NCBI GenBank assembly: GCA_000002435.2
Contig: CM018790.1
DNA: 64,000 bases
Source of the DNA: Giardia intestinalis
Taxonomy: Eukaryota
Reading direction: 5' to 3' (one strand)
The position numbers and the translations under genes are program-made. Shown here piece by piece: positions 31,201 through 39,100 of the stretch. Below the pieces are notes generated by a model that was not told the origin of the DNA, did no database searches, and was given only the letters and a program-made list of their open reading frames with translations. Each line of letters starts with the position of its first letter. Position 1 is the first letter of the stretch.

Positions 31201-34200
31201 CGCGAAATAGATGATCTTCGTCGGGAGCTCGACGCGCTTCGCAGGGCGGCTCCCGTCGAGCCTCTTGCGGCTGCAGCCCCGGCCGACGACGACCTTCTCC
31301 GGTCGCTGCGCGCAGACAACGAGATGCTGATGGAGGATGTCCATGATAAGCGCCAAGACATCAAGGTTCTGGAGCGCAAGCTTCTTCAGGCCAAGGACGT
31401 CATCGAGGATCTCAAGGACGCGCTCGTCCGCGTCGAGCCCGCCGAGCTGACGGCCATTGCAGACGGCGACGCGGAGGACATCGGCCGCCTCCAGGACCTC
31501 CTCGAGAACATGAAGCAGCGCGAGAAGGAGCTCAACCGCTTCTACACCGACCTGCTGAAGCAGACCCAGCCGGCACAGGCACCAGAGCCCCTCACCCAGG
31601 CAGACTTCGAGCGGATCCTCTCCGAGAAGGACGCCGAGCTCGAGCGCCTCCGCACGCTCCTCGACCATCCCCCGGTTGAGCAGCCCGTAGACGACTCCCA
31701 GAAGTACCGGGACGCGATCGGCTTCCTCAAGGAGGAGCTTGCCTACAAGGACCATGAGATCCGCCGCATGAGGGCTGACAGCGCGCCCTCCGAGGTCGCG
31801 CAGATCGTTGACGCCTCCCTCAAGCAGGCCCTGGCACAGAAAGAGGAAGAGGTGGCGCGCCTCAAGAGCGCCCTGGAGGATCTCGCCTCGGACCACATCG
31901 GCCAGAAGACCGGCGAGCCCGACACAGCCGCTCTCAAGGCCCTGCAGCAGGAGATCAGCACAAAGGACGACGAGATCCAGAAGCTCACCGCTGTCATCGC
32001 TGCCATGCCGCGCACCCATGAGCCGCAGGACATCACTGACGCCGCAGAGCTGGTGCGCATCCTTGAGTCCAACCTCGAGAGGGAGAAGGATGACACGGCT
32101 GCTCTTCGCGACGCCCTGCGCAACGCAGAGGAGAAGAACAATGAGCAGCTTCGCGAAATAGATGATCTTCGTCGGGAGCTCGACGCGCTTCGCAGGGCGG
32201 CTCCCGTCGAGCCTCTTGCGGCTGCAGCCCCGGCCGACGACGACCTTCTCCGGTCGCTGCGCGCAGACAACGAGATGCTGATGGAGGATGTCCATGATAA
32301 GCGCCAAGACATCAAGGTTCTGGAGCGCAAGCTTCTTCAGGCCAAGGACGTCATCGAGGATCTCAAGGACGCGCTCGTCCGCGTCGAGCCCGCCGAGCTG
32401 ACGGCCATTGCAGACGGCGACGCGGAGGACATCGGCCGCCTCCAGGACCTCCTCGAGAACATGAAGCAGCGCGAGAAGGAGCTCAACCGCTTCTACACCG
32501 ACCTGCTGAAGCAGACCCAGCCGGCACAGGCACCAGAGCCCCTCACCCAGGCAGACTTCGAGCGGATCCTCTCCGAGAAGGACGCCGAGCTCGAGCGCCT
32601 CCGCACGCTCCTCGACCATCCCCCGGTTGAGCAGCCCGTAGACGACTCCCAGAAGTACCGGGACGCGATCGGCTTCCTCAAGGAGGAGCTTGCCTACAAG
32701 GACCATGAGATCCGCCGCATGAGGGCTGACAGCGCGCCCTCCGAGGTCGCGCAGATCGTTGACGCCTCCCTCAAGCAGGCCCTGGCACAGAAAGAGGAAG
32801 AGGTGGCGCGCCTCAAGAGCGCCCTGGAGGATCTCGCCTCGGACCACATCGGCCAGAAGACCGGCGAGCCCGACACAGCCGCTCTCAAGGCCCTGCAGCA
32901 GGAGATCAGCACAAAGGACGACGAGATCCAGAAGCTCACCGCTGTCATCGCTGCCATGCCGCGCACCCATGAGCCGCAGGACATCACTGACGCCGCAGAG
33001 CTGGTGCGCATCCTTGAGTCCAACCTCGAGAGGGAGAAGGATGACACGGCTGCTCTTCGCGACGCCCTGCGCAACGCAGAGGAGAAGAACAATGAGCAGC
33101 TTCGCGAAATAGATGATCTTCGTCGGGAGCTCGACGCGCTTCGCAGGGCGGCTCCCGTCGAGCCTCTTGCGGCTGCAGCCCCGGCCGACGACGACCTTCT
33201 CCGGTCGCTGCGCGCAGACAACGAGATGCTGATGGAGGATGTCCATGATAAGCGCCAAGACATCAAGGTTCTGGAGCGCAAGCTTCTTCAGGCCAAGGAC
33301 GTCATCGAGGATCTCAAGGACGCGCTCGTCCGCGTCGAGCCCGCCGAGCTGACGGCCATTGCAGACGGCGACGCGGAGGACATCGGCCGCCTCCAGGACC
33401 TCCTCGAGAACATGAAGCAGCGCGAGAAGGAGCTCAACCGCTTCTACACCGACCTGCTGAAGCAGACCCAGCCGGCACAGGCACCAGAGCCCCTCACCCA
33501 GGCAGACTTCGAGCGGATCCTCTCCGAGAAGGACGCCGAGCTCGAGCGCCTCCGCATCCTGACTTCAGATAATGCCACCTTTTTCAGGAAGAAGCTGGCA
33601 GCCAAGGACGCGGAGATAAGAAGGCTTATGTCGGCTGCATCTCAGCCAGATGAGGCGTCACATGGAACAGAGTACGATGTTGCCGTATTGCAGAGTGCTT
33701 TGACTGTGGCTGACGACATCATCAATGATAAGACGCGAGAAACTGAAGAACTCCAGAAGCTCCTTGATGACTTACAAGAAAAGCTTCGAGATGTGGATGA
33801 GAATAAGCTTTATGAAACCATCGACATGCTTAGGAACGATGTTGACCGTTTAGAAAGATGTCTCAACGAGCGTACTAAGGAACTGAACTCATTCAAATCT
33901 GCGATGCCTCATGATAATGTTCTTGCCAATGCAGTGCAGAGAGAGAAGGAGATCGAAAGGTTCTACAGAAACCTCATTGATAGCAAAGACGTTATGATTA
34001 ACCAGCTTAAAGCTCTTCTGTCTGCCGACACTGACGATCTCCTAAGGGCTCTTCGAATGGACAATCAGACTCTGGCTGAGGACGTGCGAGACAAGGCCAA
34101 CAGTCTGCAAGATACTACAAGAAAACTCCGAGATGCCATGAACACCATTGACAGGCTTCAGTCTGAACTAGCTCATGCACGTACTGATGAACTGGACGAC

Positions 34201-34926
34201 TCTCGTCCTTCAGAACAGGACTCACAATCTGATGGCTTACAAGAGCTACAAAGAATTATCCAGGCCAAGGATGAGGTCATTTCGGACCTGCGGCAACAGC
34301 TAGATACAGCAACTGATACAACCGTGGACACTGCTGAGCGTATACGCGTGCTTGAGAGCAGTCTAGCAGAGGGCTCTGCTCGCGAAAGAGAAGCACCGGC
34401 GATCATATCAGATGACGTTACGTCTCTTACACAGAAGATAGCGCTTCTTCAGGACGAGATTGACGAAAAGCAGAACACAATCGAGGCTCTTGTCGGAGCA
34501 ATCAAGGACTTTAATGAGGCTAATGCTTCTCTAAGACAGTCCAAGATAGAGATGGAGGATCAGGTCAGATATATGCGGCAGGCTCTTGAAAACACCCAGG
34601 GTGCCATGAATCACATGCTTACGTCTGCAATTGGCCAGAACAGCGAAGTGGCAGCCGTGCTGAGCCCTCAGCTAAGCGCAATCGACGCAACGACCAACAT
34701 GAGCGCTCTCGATATGCAGCAGAAGATTAAGTATTTGACCGACGAATTGAACAAATCTCGCCAGGAGGTTGACGACATGAAGAAGGCCTTTCAGGAGTCA
34801 GGCTCTGTTGGGGGGAGCAGCTATGAGATTGCAACGCTACGGAAGGAAATCAATCGTCTCAACAAGGAGTTGGATAGATACCGTAGCGGATCCGTTGTTA
34901 CACCGTCGTTCAGTAGAATCCAGTGA
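25246..34926 (+). CDS. Giant coiled-coil protein (3226 aa) with an internal array of five identical 317-aa repeats
   Basis: Single ATG ORF. Nearly the whole length shows heptad-like E/K/L/R/Q-rich sequence. Residues encoded by 28777-33556 repeat exactly. The flanking regions contain diverged versions of the same motifs (for example LRALRMDNQTLAEDVRDKANSLQD versus LRSLRADNEMLMEDVHDKRQDIKV). Confidence 0.85.
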   Translation: MNPFDLTPASIPFVHASDKAAMLQSVIPLAVAKGVASNADTLSATDIAIAAREPLRNANPNPDASYILTLTRYYKLMRPIAEHANDHDVLRATVANPSKWVSENVSLECSSIAGEAVAAAINLAAAKIFSGIGNHYDATRFFSEAEAILQEAATLAESGHLCGFLGPTHLRALALFAQAQSLESTAVSKINKLGAEEIESTELQTALRTLTEASALYDRVFKDLAPTASSSTVVASTSLFKAKLLPALARYVVANAYFNGNRLSNTATECRRASELLTVAQAALELTPDQERMTSELATAIIGIQSNLPVAGVDDEAQLYDLQRMTEQDFREFKQAYGAPTDVLPPWRNDSSQDTAALNELRRIVASKDDEIQALNISLRNAQLELLQVSSGSVLNTEVTYLKGLLEKEHETVKSLQEAAELKNKEVDALNEALKQQEEMVKSLCESISPSASRKNLKSPAAGDASTREADRRERMIKKLQMQVMSKDIEINELKSSLELANSGMLASTTGATTDEVDALRRDIAALQNAIDDKDKEVKWLEDEIRQKDDTMIELRGRTESEIESLQETAASKDQEIAKLEAELKSTLQMIQALKNSEADGAGATNILQREKAHLEDKLQEKENIVAELNEALRKKDLTIAELHESAAAQQRKEQETIDFYENLKREQNQVISDLRSSLSAKQATLAMAEETAKTLESEVQSLKSEVDAKTMEIESLLAMSTSKANDMDQTMEELQSLRTELLAKEGEIQTLRNLIEEKEAIITDLRMTESEHQNKYTTLQTTLQRLNEDLQSRDRQIVALLEEAEAAAERQKASQHLQEQLQRQISQQDIVSKSVQEQVCMMSDAACRARYLEDKLATKTYDEEVLRTMIQRVEDADRDKGRTIESLRTEIEFLRSEPKYQPDDRSGQIEALEDKIVALNTHIRYLTNELLQKEQELVHLANDDKSAETDRLKKLLISQDDELNELKENLFLLREKGISDGILDGEPTMVPASMLVSKQEEIDRLKEALESLSAEEPIIVTRHEEPEEDISSLKKQLTELTGLVASQAVQIEGLNAQLADKTRDLDTALYDVAVLRRALRVIEDDYRDSERSLDQLEQQAVNMKDAYELSLAAQVSPIGVLENELRALSTHNQQLIDVIDEKDGEISRLHASVIDAISASQVVVAPPDFSNLLTDKDAELERLRTLLDHPPVEQPVDDSQKYRDAIGFLKEELAYKDHEIRRMRADSAPSEVAQIVDASLKQALAQKEEEVARLKSALEDLASDHIGQKTGEPDTAALKALQQEISTKDDEIQKLTAVIAAMPRTHEPQDITDAAELVRILESNLEREKDDTAALRDALRNAEEKNNEQLREIDDLRRELDALRRAAPVEPLAAAAPADDDLLRSLRADNEMLMEDVHDKRQDIKVLERKLLQAKDVIEDLKDALVRVEPAELTAIADGDAEDIGRLQDLLENMKQREKELNRFYTDLLKQTQPAQAPEPLTQADFERILSEKDAELERLRTLLDHPPVEQPVDDSQKYRDAIGFLKEELAYKDHEIRRMRADSAPSEVAQIVDASLKQALAQKEEEVARLKSALEDLASDHIGQKTGEPDTAALKALQQEISTKDDEIQKLTAVIAAMPRTHEPQDITDAAELVRILESNLEREKDDTAALRDALRNAEEKNNEQLREIDDLRRELDALRRAAPVEPLAAAAPADDDLLRSLRADNEMLMEDVHDKRQDIKVLERKLLQAKDVIEDLKDALVRVEPAELTAIADGDAEDIGRLQDLLENMKQREKELNRFYTDLLKQTQPAQAPEPLTQADFERILSEKDAELERLRTLLDHPPVEQPVDDSQKYRDAIGFLKEELAYKDHEIRRMRADSAPSEVAQIVDASLKQALAQKEEEVARLKSALEDLASDHIGQKTGEPDTAALKALQQEISTKDDEIQKLTAVIAAMPRTHEPQDITDAAELVRILESNLEREKDDTAALRDALRNAEEKNNEQLREIDDLRRELDALRRAAPVEPLAAAAPADDDLLRSLRADNEMLMEDVHDKRQDIKVLERKLLQAKDVIEDLKDALVRVEPAELTAIADGDAEDIGRLQDLLENMKQREKELNRFYTDLLKQTQPAQAPEPLTQADFERILSEKDAELERLRTLLDHPPVEQPVDDSQKYRDAIGFLKEELAYKDHEIRRMRADSAPSEVAQIVDASLKQALAQKEEEVARLKSALEDLASDHIGQKTGEPDTAALKALQQEISTKDDEIQKLTAVIAAMPRTHEPQDITDAAELVRILESNLEREKDDTAALRDALRNAEEKNNEQLREIDDLRRELDALRRAAPVEPLAAAAPADDDLLRSLRADNEMLMEDVHDKRQDIKVLERKLLQAKDVIEDLKDALVRVEPAELTAIADGDAEDIGRLQDLLENMKQREKELNRFYTDLLKQTQPAQAPEPLTQADFERILSEKDAELERLRTLLDHPPVEQPVDDSQKYRDAIGFLKEELAYKDHEIRRMRADSAPSEVAQIVDASLKQALAQKEEEVARLKSALEDLASDHIGQKTGEPDTAALKALQQEISTKDDEIQKLTAVIAAMPRTHEPQDITDAAELVRILESNLEREKDDTAALRDALRNAEEKNNEQLREIDDLRRELDALRRAAPVEPLAAAAPADDDLLRSLRADNEMLMEDVHDKRQDIKVLERKLLQAKDVIEDLKDALVRVEPAELTAIADGDAEDIGRLQDLLENMKQREKELNRFYTDLLKQTQPAQAPEPLTQADFERILSEKDAELERLRILTSDNATFFRKKLAAKDAEIRRLMSAASQPDEASHGTEYDVAVLQSALTVADDIINDKTRETEELQKLLDDLQEKLRDVDENKLYETIDMLRNDVDRLERCLNERTKELNSFKSAMPHDNVLANAVQREKEIERFYRNLIDSKDVMINQLKALLSADTDDLLRALRMDNQTLAEDVRDKANSLQDTTRKLRDAMNTIDRLQSELAHARTDELDDSRPSEQDSQSDGLQELQRIIQAKDEVISDLRQQLDTATDTTVDTAERIRVLESSLAEGSAREREAPAIISDDVTSLTQKIALLQDEIDEKQNTIEALVGAIKDFNEANASLRQSKIEMEDQVRYMRQALENTQGAMNHMLTSAIGQNSEVAAVLSPQLSAIDATTNMSALDMQQKIKYLTDELNKSRQEVDDMKKAFQESGSVGGSSYEIATLRKEINRLNKELDRYRSGSVVTPSFSRIQ
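28777..33556 (+). repeat. Tandem direct repeat, 951-bp unit in about 5.03 copies, apparently 100% identical, in frame (3 x 317 codons) inside the coiled-coil gene
   Basis: The landmark 'gacgccgagctcgagcgcctccgc' recurs at 28777, 29728, 30679, 31630, 32581 and 33532, a spacing of exactly 951. The antisense ORFs 28890-29477, 29841-30428, 30792-31379, 31743-32330 and 32694-33281 have identical 195-aa translations, confirming nucleotide identity. Copy 1 diverges upstream of 28777, and copy 6 diverges after about 25 bp. Confidence 0.9.
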
Positions 34927-34985
34927 TAACTTGAGTCCTGGATGCTACTTTTTGTGAATGTATGCTGTAGCTTCTGTTTACAGTC

Positions 34986-35747
34986 TCAGTTTACGCTTTC
35001 TATGGTGGGGCGCGTGTTAGGGGCTCTGCTCATTGTGTATGCAACCCTCTCTGCTTGTTCGTCAATGATTGCTGGCCCGCGAGGAAGAACCTCGTTGGAG
35101 CTATTCTTCACCGTCCCGGCCCCAGTAATGATAGCCATTACACGCGCCTCGATGTCCTGCATGCTCAAATCTGTGCAGTCAATGACACGGATACAGTACT
35201 CGAATACCTTGAAGTACGCTGGTCGGTTTATTTTGTAGACATCGTAGCGCTTCTTCAGTTGATCACGCTCCAGCTCACTTGCAGATCGGGAAAGCACTGT
35301 GTCCAGCGGAAGCTGAAGGTCTATTACCACCGTGGGCAGACAATCTGGGCTGATACGCAACGAAAAGGCCTCCAGCTCAGAGGAGGGAAAGTCATCTAGG
35401 ACCCAAGAATCGTTTGAGCACTGCTGGAGCTGGGTTCGAACGGACTCGATAACCTCTGTGCTTCCTAGAGTCTGGTTATTCCGTTCAGCGCAGATCAAGC
35501 GGCCCCCAAGCCTCTTCGACAAAAGGCTGCACATCGTGCTCTTTCCAGAGCATGGCGGGCCCAGTATAATGACTCTGTGCGTTGTCTTGCAGGTTGTCTT
35601 CGCAGGATCAAAGTAATTCTTCAAAAATCCGCATGGGTTGTCAGGCTTATGTATGGCGAGGGCCTCCATCGCTTGCTGGAGCTTGATGTAGATCTGCCGC
35701 TCCTCTAGATATTCGACGATAGCGTCATCTGTAATTTTGGCAGCCAT
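34986..35747 (-). CDS. Adenylate/nucleoside-monophosphate kinase-like P-loop protein with an N-terminal Dpy-30/RIIa-like docking motif
   Basis: 'VIILGPPCSGKSTMCSLL' is an AK-type P-loop and 'WVLDDFPSSELEA' resembles the NMP-binding 'GFLIDGFPR..QA'. The N-terminal 'AIVEYLEERQIYIKLQQAMEALAIHKPDNPCGFLKNYF' fits the Dpy-30 motif found in flagellar adenylate kinases (AK7-like). Confidence 0.5.
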   Translation of the reverse strand: MAAKITDDAIVEYLEERQIYIKLQQAMEALAIHKPDNPCGFLKNYFDPAKTTCKTTHRVIILGPPCSGKSTMCSLLSKRLGGRLICAERNNQTLGSTEVIESVRTQLQQCSNDSWVLDDFPSSELEAFSLRISPDCLPTVVIDLQLPLDTVLSRSASELERDQLKKRYDVYKINRPAYFKVFEYCIRVIDCTDLSMQDIEARVMAIITGAGTVKNSSNEVLPRGPAIIDEQAERVAYTMSRAPNTRPTIESVN

Positions 35748-35850
35748 TTTTGTTTTCTGTCAACTTCTCCCTGTACAGCGGGCAATACTCGGTGCCTCAG
35801 AAAAAAGCACCCGCACAGTTTACAAGACTCAAACAGGTGGTAGAAGAATG

Positions 35851-36111
35851 TCAATCATCCGCATTGTTCTTGGCCTCTAGACGCATCCTTAACTCAGCGT
35901 TTTCCTTCTTTAGCTCATTGATCTGATTTGTAAGACTAACAATACGGTCTTCGCCAGAGCATCCAAGGTATTGTGCAATGTACTCCAACGCATTTGGTGG
36001 CTTCTCGGCCTCTTCATAAAGAGCCACAAACGCCTTTGTAATAGCGTCAGACACGCCGGTCCTTTGAAGGAAGCGACGGAATTCTGCGCGGCGTAGATCA
36101 GTGTCAGACAT
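35851..36111 (-). CDS. c-Myc-binding protein (MYCBP/AMY-1) homolog, a small coiled-coil protein
   Basis: The 86-aa protein 'RRAEFRRFLQRTGVSDAITKAFVALYEEAEKPPNALEYIAQYLG' aligns closely with metazoan MYCBP 'KREQFRRYLEKSGVLDTLTKVLVALYEEPEKPNSALDFLKHHLG'. A C-terminal coiled coil follows. MYCBP orthologs are ciliary central-apparatus components in Chlamydomonas (FAP174). Confidence 0.6.
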   Translation of the reverse strand: MSDTDLRRAEFRRFLQRTGVSDAITKAFVALYEEAEKPPNALEYIAQYLGCSGEDRIVSLTNQINELKKENAELRMRLEAKNNADD

Positions 36112-36157
36112 TTTAAAAATATTTTAGATTCCAGGCCCACGCACCAAGATCACTCGC

Positions 36158-39100
36158 TCAACGATTCGATAGATGGACATAAATGCCGTTTAGTGTTACC
36201 ATCTCATCTACCTCTTTGCTATAAGCAGACATCTTGACATGCATGACCTCTATGCCAGCTACCCGTGACTCTCTAAGTTGGTCCACATAGAATGGAACTA
36301 TTGCAGACGAGGAGAGGTGCGCCTCGTTGTCAGCCGAGTACACATAAATATTCTCCAGTTGGTCGCTTTCCACATTCAAATCGATGAGGGTCCGCAACGA
36401 ACAGCCCTGAAGAACACAGCTTCCAGCCTTAAGCGTTATTACTGGATGAGCACGCTTATTGCAAGCTTGAGATGAGGCGACCAACTTGATACTATTGAGC
36501 TCTTGGCCCATAGCTATGCCTTCATATCTACGAATAGCCTCAATGAATGCGGCGGGTCGTGGCATGTCTGACAGAGCGAGTTCGATCTGCGTCATGGTAC
36601 TTGACTCATTGACACTCTGTCTGCAAGACTCATATGCGCTGGCTATGCTCGAGGATGCGCTTGTCAAAAAGGTACTCAAGTACTCGAAGGGATCGCCACT
36701 GCGAAGAGTAGCTAGCTCAGGAGAGTCGTGTGGTGCTGTTGGGCAGGGCACAGCAGTTATTCCCACGCACCATCGTTCTGGTAGAATTCTACTCAGGATA
36801 AGAGAGGCAATGGCCTTGATCCGTGTGCTGGCAAGGAGATAATTGCTATGCGCCGCAGCTGCTTCCTTGAAGTCGCTTTCCAGGACCTTTCCGATTGACA
36901 TTATCACATTCCCTTGTAGATGAAGCTCATCAATAATCGGAATAATCCGCGCAATAGCTGGATCTGTTTGTTGAGCTTCGTTCAGAAAGGCTCCCATCTC
37001 CTTAAGTTTAGTGGCAAACACAGTCAGCTTGGGCTTAACGTCTTTCTCATAGATAGATGACAGTTGTAAAATTGTGTCATATATGCTGGCGATCGCGTTC
37101 CCGTCTGATGCACTTTCCTGAGTACCACTCTGTATACTTATTCGTGCCAACAGCGACCTAGTTGTTATGCTATTCTTTAAGCTCTGAGTTAGGAGGGCAT
37201 TGGTGGGCAATCCAAGATAGTTTGGAACAGGTTTCTCGGGATAACACTGCTGCACGTAGAGCGCGATTCCGTCAATTAACTGTGCTGCATCGAAGCAGCT
37301 GCTACCTGCCAAGAGACTTTTGTTACAAAGAACATGTGCAGGCGGAAGTAAGTATTGGATAACGGGAATGCTGTTAATAGCAGAAACTATATCGCGCGCT
37401 CCATACGATTGAGCATTGCCTTCAACTGAAACAGTGGCTGGAATAGCTTTTTCTCCCTTATCAATAAGCTCAAATATCGCCGTTATCGCCTTGCTATTAT
37501 AGGATATCTTAGTAAACTCCAACAACAAAGCATTGTCTGAGGAGTCCTTCGTGGCTACACCATATATTGCATCGAGTAGCAAGCCACTCAGCCGCTTTGA
37601 GAATCCGAGTAAGTAAACATTTTCGTCCTGGCTTGCTGGAAGCCCGCGAACCATACAGTCCTGAATAATGGAAATGATAGCCGTAAGGTCGTTCTGAGAC
37701 CAGCCCGGGTCTAGCGCAACACCGCGGGGGGCATAGAGGCGGCGGGCGTCCAGGATGATATGGAGTGCAGTGGAGATGTAGAGCAGGGCGTAAAGCTTTC
37801 TAATAAAGCTCTCTGTTTTGTTCTGTGAAGGGACGGTTGTTGGCCATCTCCGAACAGCATCCAGGAAGGCTTCTTTGGGAGAGCTATCAACTACCAGACA
37901 TACGCGCCACCCGACCCGGCCTAAACTCTGAGGAATGTATGGCTTTGGCTCGAGAAGAAGAACAATCTTCACGTGAGAGAGCAACTCTTCGTTATATTTC
38001 AGTTTGAAGCTAACCGAGCTCTCCATGAGCCAGCTGGGGAGAACAGAGAGCCAGTTGGCGCAGAGGTGGGCACCTTTTATAACAATCGTATGCATAACCG
38101 CAGAACTCATGGTGTCAATAGATTGCTCGCTTTTCCATGATTCGTATCTTCCCCCGAGATCTTCTAGTACGGTTTCAATAGCTTTGTTGGCCGCTTTTTC
38201 TTGGCCGGGATTTATGGTTATGGGGGTAGAGTTGGGGATGGTACTTGTAGGGTCCTGGCCTTGCAGCGTGTACAAAATGACAGGCTGGAGAAAACCGGCA
38301 GAGTGCCGTATAGCAGCAGCAATACTGTCCAGAAATTGCAGCTCCTTAGCATAATCATTCTTGAGGAGGGTCCTACTCACTGCGAGCTGTAAAGCAGTGG
38401 AAATCAGGTCCTTTCGACACGCAGAGACAAGAGCTGCCATTTCAACGTAAGTTAAGCGTCCTGCTGCATCTGGGAAAAGTTGGTTTATGTCGTTAAGGTT
38501 GTTGCACACCTTCACCTTGGCAGGAAAGTTGCTCCAGACAGAGCTGTTTGTAATGGAAATAGTAGACAGACGTGCCGAAGAAAAGCATGACAGGACCAAT
38601 CGAAACTCTTGTGTAAGGTTGGCGGGAACCCAGGTGGGAACAGATATAGAGGCATTAGAGTCAGCACGCCCTGTAAAGTACTTGAAGAGACTATCCGTGA
38701 AAATATCGGGGCAATAATTGCGCAATAAAAGAGCAGAAGCGGCGACCACATCGCTTGAGAACACGGATGTCTGGAGCCTGAGTAGAGTGTCTGAACGGAA
38801 CTGTTGTTGAGTTGCAAGAACTAGATCTGCAGTGATCTCCGACGGATTAGCAGTCGAGGGCTTATTACTTTGTAAGGCTTTAATCAGCAGCGGCATCACT
38901 GAACACTGATCTCCGATATATAAGCTATTTGCCGGTTGTAATGAAGAAAATGTTGAGACACAAGTGTCCATGTCTCTTGCCAATGGAAGAATGCGCTCTT
39001 TTACAGCATCAAGCTCCTTTTGAATGGTTTCAACCCCTTCTTGTGCTTTTTGTATTTCGAGTGTTTGCTGCTCTGCTTGCTTGAGCACGTTCATAAGAGT

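Noticed and set aside
28687-33258. 1523-aa antisense ORF (and many identical 62-, 117- and 195-aa ORFs) across the tandem-repeat array
   Set aside because: These are mirror images of the sense coiled-coil gene. Their periodic identity simply reflects the 951-bp repeats. The composition (R/S/A-rich, no Met context) and the overlap with a clearly coding sense frame make them non-genic.
28777-33556. Possible CRISPR-like or satellite array because of exact periodic repeats
   Set aside because: The unit is 951 bp with no spacer/repeat alternation. It is an exact multiple of 3 and lies inside an uninterrupted ORF. This is intragenic protein-repeat expansion in a eukaryote, not CRISPR.
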